Source: an uncultured Desulfuromonadales bacterium
GTDB lineage: Bacteria > Desulfobacterota > Desulfuromonadia > Desulfuromonadales > Trichloromonadaceae
Length of the DNA stretch: 43,863 nt
Direction of reading: 5' to 3'
Assembly: GCA_945787285.1 (NCBI GenBank)
Contig: CALZIC010000120.1
Span: 1-43,863 of the forward strand
Shown here: piece by piece, positions 19,115 to 27,535 of the stretch
How the letters are laid out: each line of letters begins with the position of its first letter
Position numbering within the stretch: the first letter of the stretch is position 1
Translations under genes and position numbers: made by a program
The notes under the pieces: generated by a model
What the model was told of the DNA's origin: nothing
Seen by the model: the letters and a program-made list of their open reading frames with translations, nothing else
Databases searched by the model: none

Positions 19115-19494
19115 ATTCCCTTCCTTCCCGTTAAGGTTAAACTCGATACCTAAATGAAAATGATTTTCACCTTCCCTGTCAACCGGGTATAGGACAAAGT
19201 CGGGTTCGACCTAAGCCAGGTGTTCCCTCCAAAAAACCTTTAGTTTTGCTTCCTTCTATATACTTTTGACGACGTCTTGGGAGACTCTCCGAAGGGATCT
19301 CTATTCAATTTCTCGGCACCCTTTTACAAATTATCTTCACCTGGGTACAAAGGTCACTGCATCTATCCGGAGGCAAATGGAAAGAGTCCCAGACAAGGTT
19401 TTTTTGTAATTGATGCATTTTTTTTGTTTTAGGGGTTGATTGTTTCTAAGTGTAACTGTATAAGTTTTTATATATAAACTTTAAAGGAGAAATT

Positions 19495-19932
19495 ATGTCC
19501 ACTTTACTTGAAATGGCTACCGACCTCGTCTCTGCACACGCTTCCACCTCAAAAATGACCAAGGAAGAACTTCTGGCTGAACTCAATGAGGTATACGGGG
19601 TTCTCCAGAAGATGGAGAAGGGTGAAGAGATTGTTACAGAGGGCGCAACCACTGAGGAAGAGGCTGGCCCTGCTGTTTCAATGCGAAAGGCGTTTGGAAA
19701 GAAGCAGGTATTCTGCATGATTTGCGGCAAAGGTTTTACGACTCTTGCTCGTCATCTCAACACTGCCCACGACATGAAGCCTGGAGAGTACAGAAAGCAG
19801 TTCGGTATCCCCAGAACCCAGTCTCTGGCTGCTAAAGACTACTCTGAAAGCAGACGCCAGATGGCTATTGAGAAAGATCTCGGCGCAGGGCTTGCCAAGG
19901 CCCGTGAAGCCAGAGCTAAAAAGAAAAAGTAA
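19495..19932 (+). CDS. MucR/Ros family transcriptional regulator (C2H2-type zinc finger)
   Basis: 145 aa; C-x2-C...H-x4-H zinc finger (FCMICGKGFTTLARHLNTAHDMKPGEYRKQFGIP) typical of Ros/MucR; aaaggag RBS; sits at the start of an AT-rich island. Confidence 0.8.
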   Translation: MSTLLEMATDLVSAHASTSKMTKEELLAELNEVYGVLQKMEKGEEIVTEGATTEEEAGPAVSMRKAFGKKQVFCMICGKGFTTLARHLNTAHDMKPGEYRKQFGIPRTQSLAAKDYSESRRQMAIEKDLGAGLAKAREARAKKKK

Positions 19933-20086
19933 TTCGTTTCTATTTGGAAACAATGGAAAGCCCCCTGGTCCTGATGGATTTGGGGGCTTTTTGTTTTTGG
20001 GTTGCCTGCAGTCTTTCAATTCTATCCATTGAAATTTTTTCAAGAATGGATAAAGTTAGTAAGATTTTTAAAACAGGAGGATCGGC

Positions 20087-20923
20087 CTTGAAATTTATAT
20101 TTTTAATAATTTTATGCCATTTGACTTTATGTTTTTCCGTTTCAGCCGAAACGTCTTTGTGGGTGGTAAATACGGACAATTCCGTCACATATATCGGAGG
20201 CACCAGTCATGTGCTTCGCCCCATTGATTATCCTTTGCCTCATGAATTTGAGGTGGCCTACGCAAACTCCGATTCTATCGTTTTGGAAGCTAATCCCAGC
20301 ACCTTTGCCAGTCCAGCAATTCAGCAACAACTCCTAAGGAGTTCTATTTACAATCTCCTAAAACGTTCAACCTCCTAAGGCAGTATTGCGAAAGTTCGGG
20401 TATTCCAGTTGCCAATTTAATTAAGTTCAAGCCTTCCATGGTAGCCATGGTATTAGTGGTCTTTGAGCTTCAGAAACTTGGCAGTGCCGAAAGTGGGGTG
20501 GATTTTCACTTCCACGCTAGAGCCACTACGGATAAAAAACTTATCGGAGAACTGGAAACGGCTGAGCAACAGCTGGGATTCCTCCTGTCAATGGGCGAAG
20601 GCAACGAGGACCAATTTATAAAGCATACGATTGCGGACCTAAAAAATACCAGGGAGTTTTTTGAAAATTTTATTTTGGCCTGGCGAAATGGAAATGAATC
20701 AGAACTGGAGAACCTTCTTATTACTGCAACAAAAGAGACCTCTCCGGATATCTACAAAACCCTTTTCAAGGACCGTAATGCCGCCTGGCTTCCCATGTTT
20801 GAAAAATACATCGAGTCACAAGAAACGGAGTTCATTTTAGTTGGTGTGGGCCATCTGGTGGGCGAAGACGGCCTGATCGAAACCTTGAGAACTCGCGGGT
20901 TTGATGTGCAAAAGATGAAATAA
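20087..20923 (+). pseudogene. TraB/GumN family protein gene disrupted by a 40-bp insertion (frame break about 20340-20379)
   Basis: N-terminal part in the frame of ORF 19944..20378 (signal peptide then SLWVVNTDNSVTYIGGTSHVLRPIDYPLP). C-terminal part in the frame of ORF 20438..20923, whose coding frame is open back to 20339. Removing 20340-20379 joins ...AIQQQLLR to QYCESSGIPVANLIKFKPSMVAMV... in one frame; the junctions carry a ctcctaagg direct repeat. Confidence 0.6.
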
Positions 20924-20979
20924 TATTTAACATTGTACTTATCAATGTCTGTTGAGCGCTTGCATATTGGTCTAATCCT

Positions 20980-21540
20980 ATGAAAGTACCATTTTTTCAC
21001 TACATTAGATTTTGGGCCTACAATTCCTTCCTCGCCTTTGGGACTGGTTTTGTCATAGGATACCTGTTTCAGAATTTCTTTTTCTTTTTGCTTTCCCCCA
21101 TTACATTTCCCTTCGCCTTTCTTTTTGTTTACCAATATTTCATAGCATCATTTTTCTGGGGTGATCGCAGGGGGGCTTTTGAGTTTTCCTACCTTGAAAG
21201 AGTTGCCTCTACAAATAAGTTCAATCCTGCTTTAGCCACCGTTTTCAAAGAGGTCAAGCAAGAGTACAAGTTGGGAGATCCTCAATCTGCTCTGCAGAAG
21301 CTTCAAAAGGCTGCAAGCTACTATTCATCCAGCTTTGCGGTTCAATTTAAGCTTGCCATTGCGTGTGAGAAACTTGGGCTGGGTGATGAGGCAATTACCG
21401 CATATAAAAACGCATTAGCGGTAGTGCCAAATAATGCACCCAAATTACTTCAACACGTCATAAGACAAATTGAGCATGTTCGCACTAAGGGGCCTCGCAG
21501 AAAGTCGAGTGCCCCAGGGTTGCAAATGGTAATTTATTGA
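20980..21540 (+). CDS. hypothetical membrane protein with C-terminal TPR-like segment
   Basis: 186 aa; hydrophobic N-terminus, AT-rich codon usage like the surrounding island; no recognised domain. Confidence 0.4.
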   Translation: MKVPFFHYIRFWAYNSFLAFGTGFVIGYLFQNFFFFLLSPITFPFAFLFVYQYFIASFFWGDRRGAFEFSYLERVASTNKFNPALATVFKEVKQEYKLGDPQSALQKLQKAASYYSSSFAVQFKLAIACEKLGLGDEAITAYKNALAVVPNNAPKLLQHVIRQIEHVRTKGPRRKSSAPGLQMVIY

Positions 21541-21602
21541 AAAACACCCCAGTGCCGGGGAATTCCTCAAAAGGCATATTTCCTCAACCACCAGGGAGAA
21601 TC

Positions 21603-21998
21603 ATGCAAGTATCTTATCCAACAATTCTAAGAAGATATATGTCAACTTTTATCGATGGGGCTTTCGTCGTCTCGACATTTATTGCGCTTTCATATGTATT
21701 TCAAGAGGATTCTCAACTGGAAAACAATATCCGAATTGCGGTATTTTTTACCATGTTCTTCATATATGAGCCAATATGCACAAGTCTGTTTTGTACTATG
21801 GGCCAAAGGCTTACCGGCATAAGGGTCAGGAAGTTCAACAGTAAAGACAGGATATCGATACCTGCCGCCTACTTACGCATAATTGTGAAGATTGTTCTGG
21901 GCTTTATCTCTCTCCTCACGATCCCTTTCACAAATGGCCGGAGAGCAATTCACGATTTTACGGTTAATTCTGTTGTTATAATGGAAAAAAAAGACTGA
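21603..21998 (+). CDS. RDD family membrane protein
   Basis: RDD-domain pattern (RRYMSTFIDGAFV ... GQRLTGIRV ... RAIHDFTVNSVVI). Start at MQVSYPTIL with gggag RBS; ORF-track start 21537 is probably too far upstream. Confidence 0.6.
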   Translation: MQVSYPTILRRYMSTFIDGAFVVSTFIALSYVFQEDSQLENNIRIAVFFTMFFIYEPICTSLFCTMGQRLTGIRVRKFNSKDRISIPAAYLRIIVKIVLGFISLLTIPFTNGRRAIHDFTVNSVVIMEKKD

Positions 21999-22092
21999 CT
22001 ACTGCCCGTGAGAGTACCCGTACTAAAGAGTCCTGAGGACCCGCATTCTGCCCTGCCGGTGCTGCGTAACGGTTGAAAAGGTCTCCTGATAA

Positions 22093-23043
22093 ATGAACCA
22101 AATTTCCTTCGCAAACTTTCTCCAAAGCTCCCCCTGCATCCTCGGCGAGGGGGCGGTCATCGAGCGCCTTCGACGCAACTGCGACCTGGAACTCGACCCC
22201 TACCTGGTCAATTCGGCCTTTATCTATGAAGATGCAAAACGTGCGGCCCTTGAGGCCATCTATCGGCAGTACCTGGACATCGGTCGCGCGTTCGGCTTGC
22301 CGCTTCTCATGTCCACCCCGACCTGGCGGGCAAGCCGGGAACGGATCGAGGCGGCCGGTTACGCCGGAGCCGATGTGAACGGCGACAATGTCAGGGTTTT
22401 TGATGCTGTGCGAAAGAGTTACGGTGAGTACGCTGAGAACGTTGTTGTCTGCGGTTTGATGAGCTGCCGCGGGGATGCCTACAGCCCTGCTGACGCGCTG
22501 GAAATTGACGAGGCGCTGGAGTTTCACGCCTGGCAGGCTGAGAAGCTGGCGGAGGCAGGAGTTGACTTCCTCCTCGCGGCAACTCTTCCAGCCTTCAGCG
22601 AGGCAACCGGCCTTGCCTTGGCACTTGCCGCCACCGGTAGGTCGTACGTCCTTAGTTTTGTTGTTCGCCCTGAGGGGACACTGCTGGATGGCGCGCCACT
22701 GAAAGAGGTCATCGCTGCCATCGATGCCGCCGTGACTCCACGGCCCTTGGCCTATCTGGTCAACTGCACCCATGCCTCCATTGCCAGGGCCGCGCTGACC
22801 CACGAAGTAAATTCTTCATCCCTGGTCCGGCAACGGATCATCGGCCTGCTGGCCAATACTGCCGCCCTAAGCCCCGAGGAGCTTAACGAGAGCACCAATC
22901 TGGTGGAGGAAGATCCGGAAACCTTTGGCCAAACTGTGGCCGGGCTGCACCGGGATCTGGGCTTGAAGATTCTGGGGGGCTGCTGTGGAACCGACGACCG
23001 GCATATTCGGTCTTTGGCCGCACAGCTTACAACAGGCGGCTAA
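22093..23043 (+). CDS. homocysteine S-methyltransferase family protein (MmuM/BHMT-like)
   Basis: 316 aa; GGCCGT zinc-binding motif near the C-terminus, homocysteine-binding domain layout. Confidence 0.8.
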   Translation: MNQISFANFLQSSPCILGEGAVIERLRRNCDLELDPYLVNSAFIYEDAKRAALEAIYRQYLDIGRAFGLPLLMSTPTWRASRERIEAAGYAGADVNGDNVRVFDAVRKSYGEYAENVVVCGLMSCRGDAYSPADALEIDEALEFHAWQAEKLAEAGVDFLLAATLPAFSEATGLALALAATGRSYVLSFVVRPEGTLLDGAPLKEVIAAIDAAVTPRPLAYLVNCTHASIARAALTHEVNSSSLVRQRIIGLLANTAALSPEELNESTNLVEEDPETFGQTVAGLHRDLGLKILGGCCGTDDRHIRSLAAQLTTGG

Positions 23044-23104
23044 TCGTGCCCTTTAACAGCGAGGTCGAAACCTCAACAGCTCTTTGCCCTCGAATTCCTG
23101 AACA

Positions 23105-23145
23105 ACAAAAGAGCCGGACTGAATTATCAGCCCGGCTCTTTTGAC
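23105..23145. terminator. bidirectional rho-independent terminator between convergent methyltransferase and rtcB
   Basis: aacaacaaaAGAGCCGGactgaattatcagCCCGGCTCTtttg. Confidence 0.75.
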
Positions 23146-23161
23146 TCCAATCTACTTCATT

Positions 23162-24395
23162 TCACTCTGACGCCATCTTCACCAGTCTCGGGTCGAACCG
23201 GGCCACCGTTTCCACCAGATCGGTCTGGGCCGCCATGACCTCATCGATATCCTTGTAGGCCATCGGCACCTCGTCCAGTCCGGCGGAGAGCAGGGTCACT
23301 CCGCGCTCATCGAGAAAAGCGCGTGCCTGCTTCCAGGTGAAATTCTGCCTGGCAGCCTTGCGGCTCATTTTTCGACCGGCACCATGGGAGGCGGAGCAGA
23401 GAGAGTCGGGGTGGCCCTTGCCGCGAACCACGTACCCTGACGTCCCCATGGAACCCGGGATGATGCCGAGAACGCCCATTCCTGCCGGGGTCGCCCCTTT
23501 TCGGTGAACCACCACCTGCTCACCGTTGTGAACCTCATTCCAGGCGAAGTTGTGATGATTCTCCACATCGAGAAGGACCTCGGCCCCGAGATGGTCGGCG
23601 ATGTCACGGTGGATCAGGGCATGATTGGCCGCTGAGTAAAGGCCCATCAGTTCCATGGCATTCCAGTACCCCTGCCCTTCTTCGCTCTGCAGATCGAGCC
23701 AGGCCAGCGGCTGAAGCTGGTTCGGGAGCTCGGGATGCAGCTCACGAGCAACACGGCTGTAGTGTTCAGCGATCGAACCGCCGGTCCCCCTGCTGCCGCT
23801 GTGGCTGAGCAGGGCCAGGTAAGTGCCGGCCTCCAGCCCCAGGTCAGACTGCAAAAGGGTCAGTTCACCAAACTCTACAAAGTGGTTGCCGCTGCCGCTG
23901 GTGCCCAGCTGCTTCCAGGCCTTGTCCTTTAGGCCGCGGGTCAGGCGGGTTATGCTCCAATCTGCATCCATGACATCGTGCTCTTTGCGGTGTGAAAAGG
24001 TGGCCCCGACACCAAAAGAGGTCGATCGGCAGCCCGTACCCCTGATGCGCATCGGGCATCAGCGCGCCGGAGACCGAAACCGGCAACCTGCAGGCGTTTT
24101 CCATCTGCTCTACCGCACTCTGTTCAAGGTCGGTCCCCCAGCGGCAATAGGGAGCAGGATCCTGCCGATGATCGAAGCGGGCCCGGAACTCCTTGACCTC
24201 CTGGTAGGTGAGCGCAAAGGAGCCGAACAGCTCATGCTCAAGATAGTCCTGCGGATTATCAACGACCGCGGACATCATCGCCCGGATCGACTGTTTATCC
24301 TGGCCCGCCCTGGCCGCCTGAGCGGTGGCCTGCTGAGCCAGTTTCATCAGGGAGCCCTTGGGGACCCCGAGATTTGTCAATTCTCTGTTTTTCAT
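23162..24395 (-). pseudogene. rtcB: RNA-splicing ligase RtcB, split into two overlapping ORFs by a frameshift at an A4/T4 run (about 24014-24020)
   Basis: ORF 23865..24395 carries the N-terminal part ending MPDAHQGYGLPI. ORF 23162..24052 carries the rest: GSGNHF, HHNFAWNE, RKGATPAGMGVLGIIPGSMGTSGYVVRGKG, SHGAGRKMSR, MAYKDIDEVMAAQTDLVE. The frames switch right after the metal-binding PDAHQGYG motif. Confidence 0.85.
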
Positions 24396-25462
24396 TGTTG
24401 ATCTCCTTCCTTGCCCGTGATCCGGATCTCCCAGACCTTAGGCGCAACCTTCACCATGTCCACCCAGACCTTAGGCGCAACCTTCACCATGTCCACCTCG
24501 ATATCCAGGAACTCTTTGAGTACTTCGATATTGGTCGTGGTATGGCGACTGGGCGCCAGGGTCCGAAATGCCCCGCCACCGGCCAGGGCCATCGGCAGCA
24601 GCAGCTGGTCGGCCAGGTGCTGCCCCACCGGGACCCCTGCGGCCAGATAGTCCTGAACCTGCTTGACGGTCTGGCTCGCCACCTTTTCGGCCCGCACACG
24701 CCATTCGCCGAAACCGGTGAAGATCTCGGTCAGGTTTTCGCTGGCCACCTCAAGGGTGAGGATATTGCCCGGACCTTGCGATTCAGCGACTTCTTCCACC
24801 TGCAGAGATTCCGCTGGCCAGGAGAGCTTGTTGCGCACCACTCGGATTTCACGCTCGCCGATGCTACGTGGCAGCCTGGCGACCATGGCACTGGCCCGAC
24901 GCCCGACGATATCGCCCCGTTCGAGCAGGCTGATCCTCGAGAAACGGGACACCGGTTCAATATGAACGAAAAACCTTCCGCCACCGGCCGGGTAAAAACC
25001 TGGCCGTTCCAGGGTTGCGGACACCTTGGGCCCCATGCGCTGCAGCAGGGGGAGAAAGGACCGGGCCAGAAAATCGAATGGGGGCGCATGAGGGTTATGG
25101 GTTCCCCCTTCCAGAACCAGTTCCGAAGCCCCTTCCGCCAGGCAAAGGGCCGGCAGAACAGTCTGCAGCACCAGGGTGCAGCTCCCGGCCGTGCCTATGG
25201 AGAAATGATACTGCCCCGCCTCGATGGCCTTGGGAATAAAGACCAGGTCTTGAGAACCGATCCGATTCCCTTCAACCTCGGCAGCACCGACCTCCACTGC
25301 GGCATTCACCGCGGTAAGGTGTTGCCTCATCAGCCCGGGCTTGTTGCGCCGAGCGCGGATTTTTTCGATTCGAAATGGTTTTCCGGTCACCAGGGAGAGG
25401 GCCAGCGAGCTGCGCAGAATCTGTCCGCCTCCTTCGCCTTGGGACCCGTCAATGGTAATCAT
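24392..25462 (-). CDS. rtcA: RNA 3'-terminal phosphate cyclase
   Basis: 356 aa; MITIDGSQGEGGGQILRSSLALSLVTGKPFRI N-terminus and RtcA-wide similarity; 4-bp overlap with rtcB start. Contains an in-frame 33-bp tandem duplication near the 3' end (24432-24497). Confidence 0.9.
   Translation of the reverse strand: MITIDGSQGEGGGQILRSSLALSLVTGKPFRIEKIRARRNKPGLMRQHLTAVNAAVEVGAAEVEGNRIGSQDLVFIPKAIEAGQYHFSIGTAGSCTLVLQTVLPALCLAEGASELVLEGGTHNPHAPPFDFLARSFLPLLQRMGPKVSATLERPGFYPAGGGRFFVHIEPVSRFSRISLLERGDIVGRRASAMVARLPRSIGEREIRVVRNKLSWPAESLQVEEVAESQGPGNILTLEVASENLTEIFTGFGEWRVRAEKVASQTVKQVQDYLAAGVPVGQHLADQLLLPMALAGGGAFRTLAPSRHTTTNIEVLKEFLDIEVDMVKVAPKVWVDMVKVAPKVWEIRITGKEGDQQ
24432..24497 (-). repeat. 33-bp perfect tandem duplication (x2) inside rtcA 3' end, in frame (VDMVKVAPKVW x2)
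   Basis: cagaccttaggcgcaaccttcaccatgtccacc repeated twice in direct sequence. Confidence 0.9.
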
Positions 25463-25523
25463 GGGTTGACTCCTTGCATTTCAGTATTCATGGAATGAGG
25501 CTTACCCAGGAGGCTGTCGGGCT

Positions 25524-25690
25524 TGCCGGACCGAAACGAGAAATTGGATGTTCGAGGCCAGTTTTTCTTGAATTTGAGAGCGAATAGCAGGGCTATTTGT
25601 CGAAAATTGTCGAGGATATGGGCCGATCAGCCTATTTCGGGCTATTTGTCGAAAATTGTCGAGGATATGGGCCGATCAGCCGATTTCGCA
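25524..25690 (+). repeat. dispersed repeat copy B with internal 49-bp tandem duplication (25591-25639 and 25640-25688)
   Basis: the first ~95 bp match 16194-16289; the unit ggctatttgtcgaaaattgtcgaggatatgggccgatcagccNatttcg is repeated twice in tandem with 1 mismatch. Confidence 0.85.
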
Positions 25691-25732
25691 GTCGGTTTCT
25701 GGTAAGTCCGAGAGCCTCCTAGCATACAGCGG

Positions 25733-26839
25733 TCAAAGAAGATTGACCACCCGCTCGGCAAGACCTTTTTCGCCAAGAACGACATTCATTTTGGAACTGC
25801 CGGCCACCTTCTCCAGCACTTCGAGTTCGCGCAGTCGCATGAGGGTCGGGTTGTTCTCCAGCAGGCGGGCCGTATTGGCCTGGCTGCGCATGGCGGCCGT
25901 CTCTTCGCGGCGCACGATGAGGTTGGCCTCCGCGGCCTTGCGTGCCTGGATGACCTGGTTGAGCAGGTCTTTCATCTCCCCCGGCAGGATCAGATCACGG
26001 ATGCCGAGGCGGATGATTTCTATACCGAAACTGCCTGAGCGCTGGCGCAAATTCCCCTCGAGTTCGCCAGCCACCCGGTCCTTTTCACTGAGCAGGGCAT
26101 CGAGGCTGCAAGTTCCGATGATCTCCCGCAGGGCCAGCTGGGCCTCGCGGTAAAGCGCCTGCTCGATGTTTTCAACGGCCTTCACCGCCCGGTGCGGGTC
26201 GGTAACCCGGTAGACGGCCTGGGCGTTGAGACGCAGGGTGACGTTGTCTGCGGTCATGATCTCCTGGCCCGAGATGTCGAGGACCGTCTCACGCAGGTCG
26301 ACCTGCTGAATCCGCAGCCGTCCGGCATTCTTCCAGAACATGTAGCGCCCCGGACCGAAGGTCTTTACGTATTCTCCGTCTTTGAAGAAAACCGCGGCAA
26401 AACCATCTTCGACAACAACACTCTCCAATTTTTCATCGGCCCCCGTCGACAAAAGAATTGCGCTCATCTCCTTGTGCTCAAACCGCACCTGACGTGCATC
26501 AACGATTTCAATCTTGATATCGCGAAGTCCTGTCCAAAGGGCATAGATCCCAGGGCCAACAACCTTGGCAAAACGCCCTTCGATCCAGACCAGGGCTCGC
26601 TGGCTATCCTTAAGGTCGAGCACCACGGCCTCTTCCCCGAGAACGCCCGCCTTGACAATCAGATCAAGCTTGTCGTGCACCAGCCAGGGATCACGCTGGG
26701 AGACTACATCGACCCGGATTTTGTTCAACGGATCGGTAAACCAGTGACGACCGGTGCCCAGAAGACCCTCGAACTCCTTATCTTTGAACAACAGACCCTT
26801 TTCGTGTGAGCGGACTTTTACGCTGCCGATTCCAATCAT
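25733..26839 (-). CDS. SPFH/Band 7 domain protein (stomatin/prohibitin-like) with C-terminal coiled coil
   Basis: SPFH-like core with coiled-coil tail (ARKAAEANLIVRREETAAMRSQANTARLL). Start at MIGIGSVKV (ATG 26839) with ggaggagaaggag RBS. Confidence 0.75.
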   Translation of the reverse strand: MIGIGSVKVRSHEKGLLFKDKEFEGLLGTGRHWFTDPLNKIRVDVVSQRDPWLVHDKLDLIVKAGVLGEEAVVLDLKDSQRALVWIEGRFAKVVGPGIYALWTGLRDIKIEIVDARQVRFEHKEMSAILLSTGADEKLESVVVEDGFAAVFFKDGEYVKTFGPGRYMFWKNAGRLRIQQVDLRETVLDISGQEIMTADNVTLRLNAQAVYRVTDPHRAVKAVENIEQALYREAQLALREIIGTCSLDALLSEKDRVAGELEGNLRQRSGSFGIEIIRLGIRDLILPGEMKDLLNQVIQARKAAEANLIVRREETAAMRSQANTARLLENNPTLMRLRELEVLEKVAGSSKMNVVLGEKGLAERVVNLL

Positions 26840-27036
26840 CTCCTTCTCCTCCTGTTGTCTCCATCCACCCTGGAAATAGGTGGCCCTCGGGGGGCGAGAC
26901 TTCCTCACGTTAGCCACATCGCCGATGCGGAGTGTCGTTTAAGAATATGCGCCCGGTTGTTTTCAGCAGGGGTCGCGGCCATCGGTTCGACTTTTGTTGC
27001 CGCCGAAGGCCGGGTGGCTCTGATCGCTGCCGTCTG

Positions 27037-27050
27037 CTACCGGTCTGCCC
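27037..27050 (-). promoter_or_regulatory. weak candidate sigma54 -24/-12 element (GGCAG-N7-AGCA) upstream of the SPFH gene
   Basis: the reverse complement reads tGGGCAGaccggtAGCAg with correct GG-N10-GC spacing but 2 mismatches to TGGCAC-N5-TTGCA; speculative. Confidence 0.2.
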
Positions 27051-27193
27051 AAACGGAATCCACGCACTGCATAGCATCTGACCGATGTTGTCCTCGACCG
27101 GACCGGGTCCAATCGATTCGGCTGACGGGAAGCCTCTCCCCCCTCAGGCCGGGTTGGTGACCGCCTGCGCGGTCAAGACGGGTTAATAGCCCG

Positions 27194-27264
27194 TTGTTGG
27201 TGCAGGACTCGAACCTGCGACTCCCGTGGGGTACACGGTGCTCTACCGACTGAGCTAACCAGAG
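27194..27264 (-). pseudogene. tRNA-like element / probable degenerate tRNA (intact D-arm and T-arm; 5-nt anticodon loop; acceptor stem only 4 of 7 bp)
   Basis: minus strand reads CTCTGGT-TA-GCTC-AGTCGGTA-GAGC-A-CCGTG-TACCC-CACGG-GAGTC-GCAGG-TTCGAGT-CCTGC-ACCAACA-A. Canonical GCTCAGTCGGTAGAGC D-arm and GGTTCGAGTCC T-arm. Anticodon loop has 5 nt instead of 7. No CCA. Confidence 0.5.
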
Positions 27265-27478
27265 ACTGCTACCGGCCTTCGTTAGAACCCATTTCGGAAC
27301 ACACAGCTCTGACCGCATCGTGCGTAGCGCTGTGAGCCGATGGCCCGGCGGTATCAGCCGCTTGTGTCTTTGGATATTTCAATGGTTGTGCCAAAGGAAT
27401 TCCAAAACCCTGACAATCTCATACTGGCATGTATTTACACTATTTTTACGGTTTAAAGAACAGCTCGTGGATGTTTGC

Positions 27479-27508
27479 TTGACATAACCATTCGGAATTT
27501 TCTATAAA
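27479..27508 (+). promoter_or_regulatory. sigma70-type promoter for rtcR (TTGACA-18 bp-TATAAA)
   Basis: TTGACA 27479-27484, TATAAA 27503-27508, 28 bp before the rtcR ATG. Confidence 0.45.
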
Positions 27509-27535
27509 TGCCTATACTTTTCTATAGGATTTTAT

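Noticed and set aside
21976-22803. 275-aa minus-strand ORF
   Set aside because: Antisense to the homocysteine S-methyltransferase gene
24374-25498. 374-aa + ORF
   Set aside because: Antisense to rtcA
25463-25520. Sigma54 promoter directly upstream of rtcA
   Set aside because: No GG-N10-GC arrangement with acceptable flanks on the minus strand. The only partial match (aTGaa...aaTGCA) is 13 nt from the ATG and lacks the GG dinucleotide
25591-25688. Possible CRISPR array (49-bp tandem units)
   Set aside because: Only two units, no spacer-like unique segments, no cas genes nearby; it is a simple tandem duplication inside a dispersed repeat
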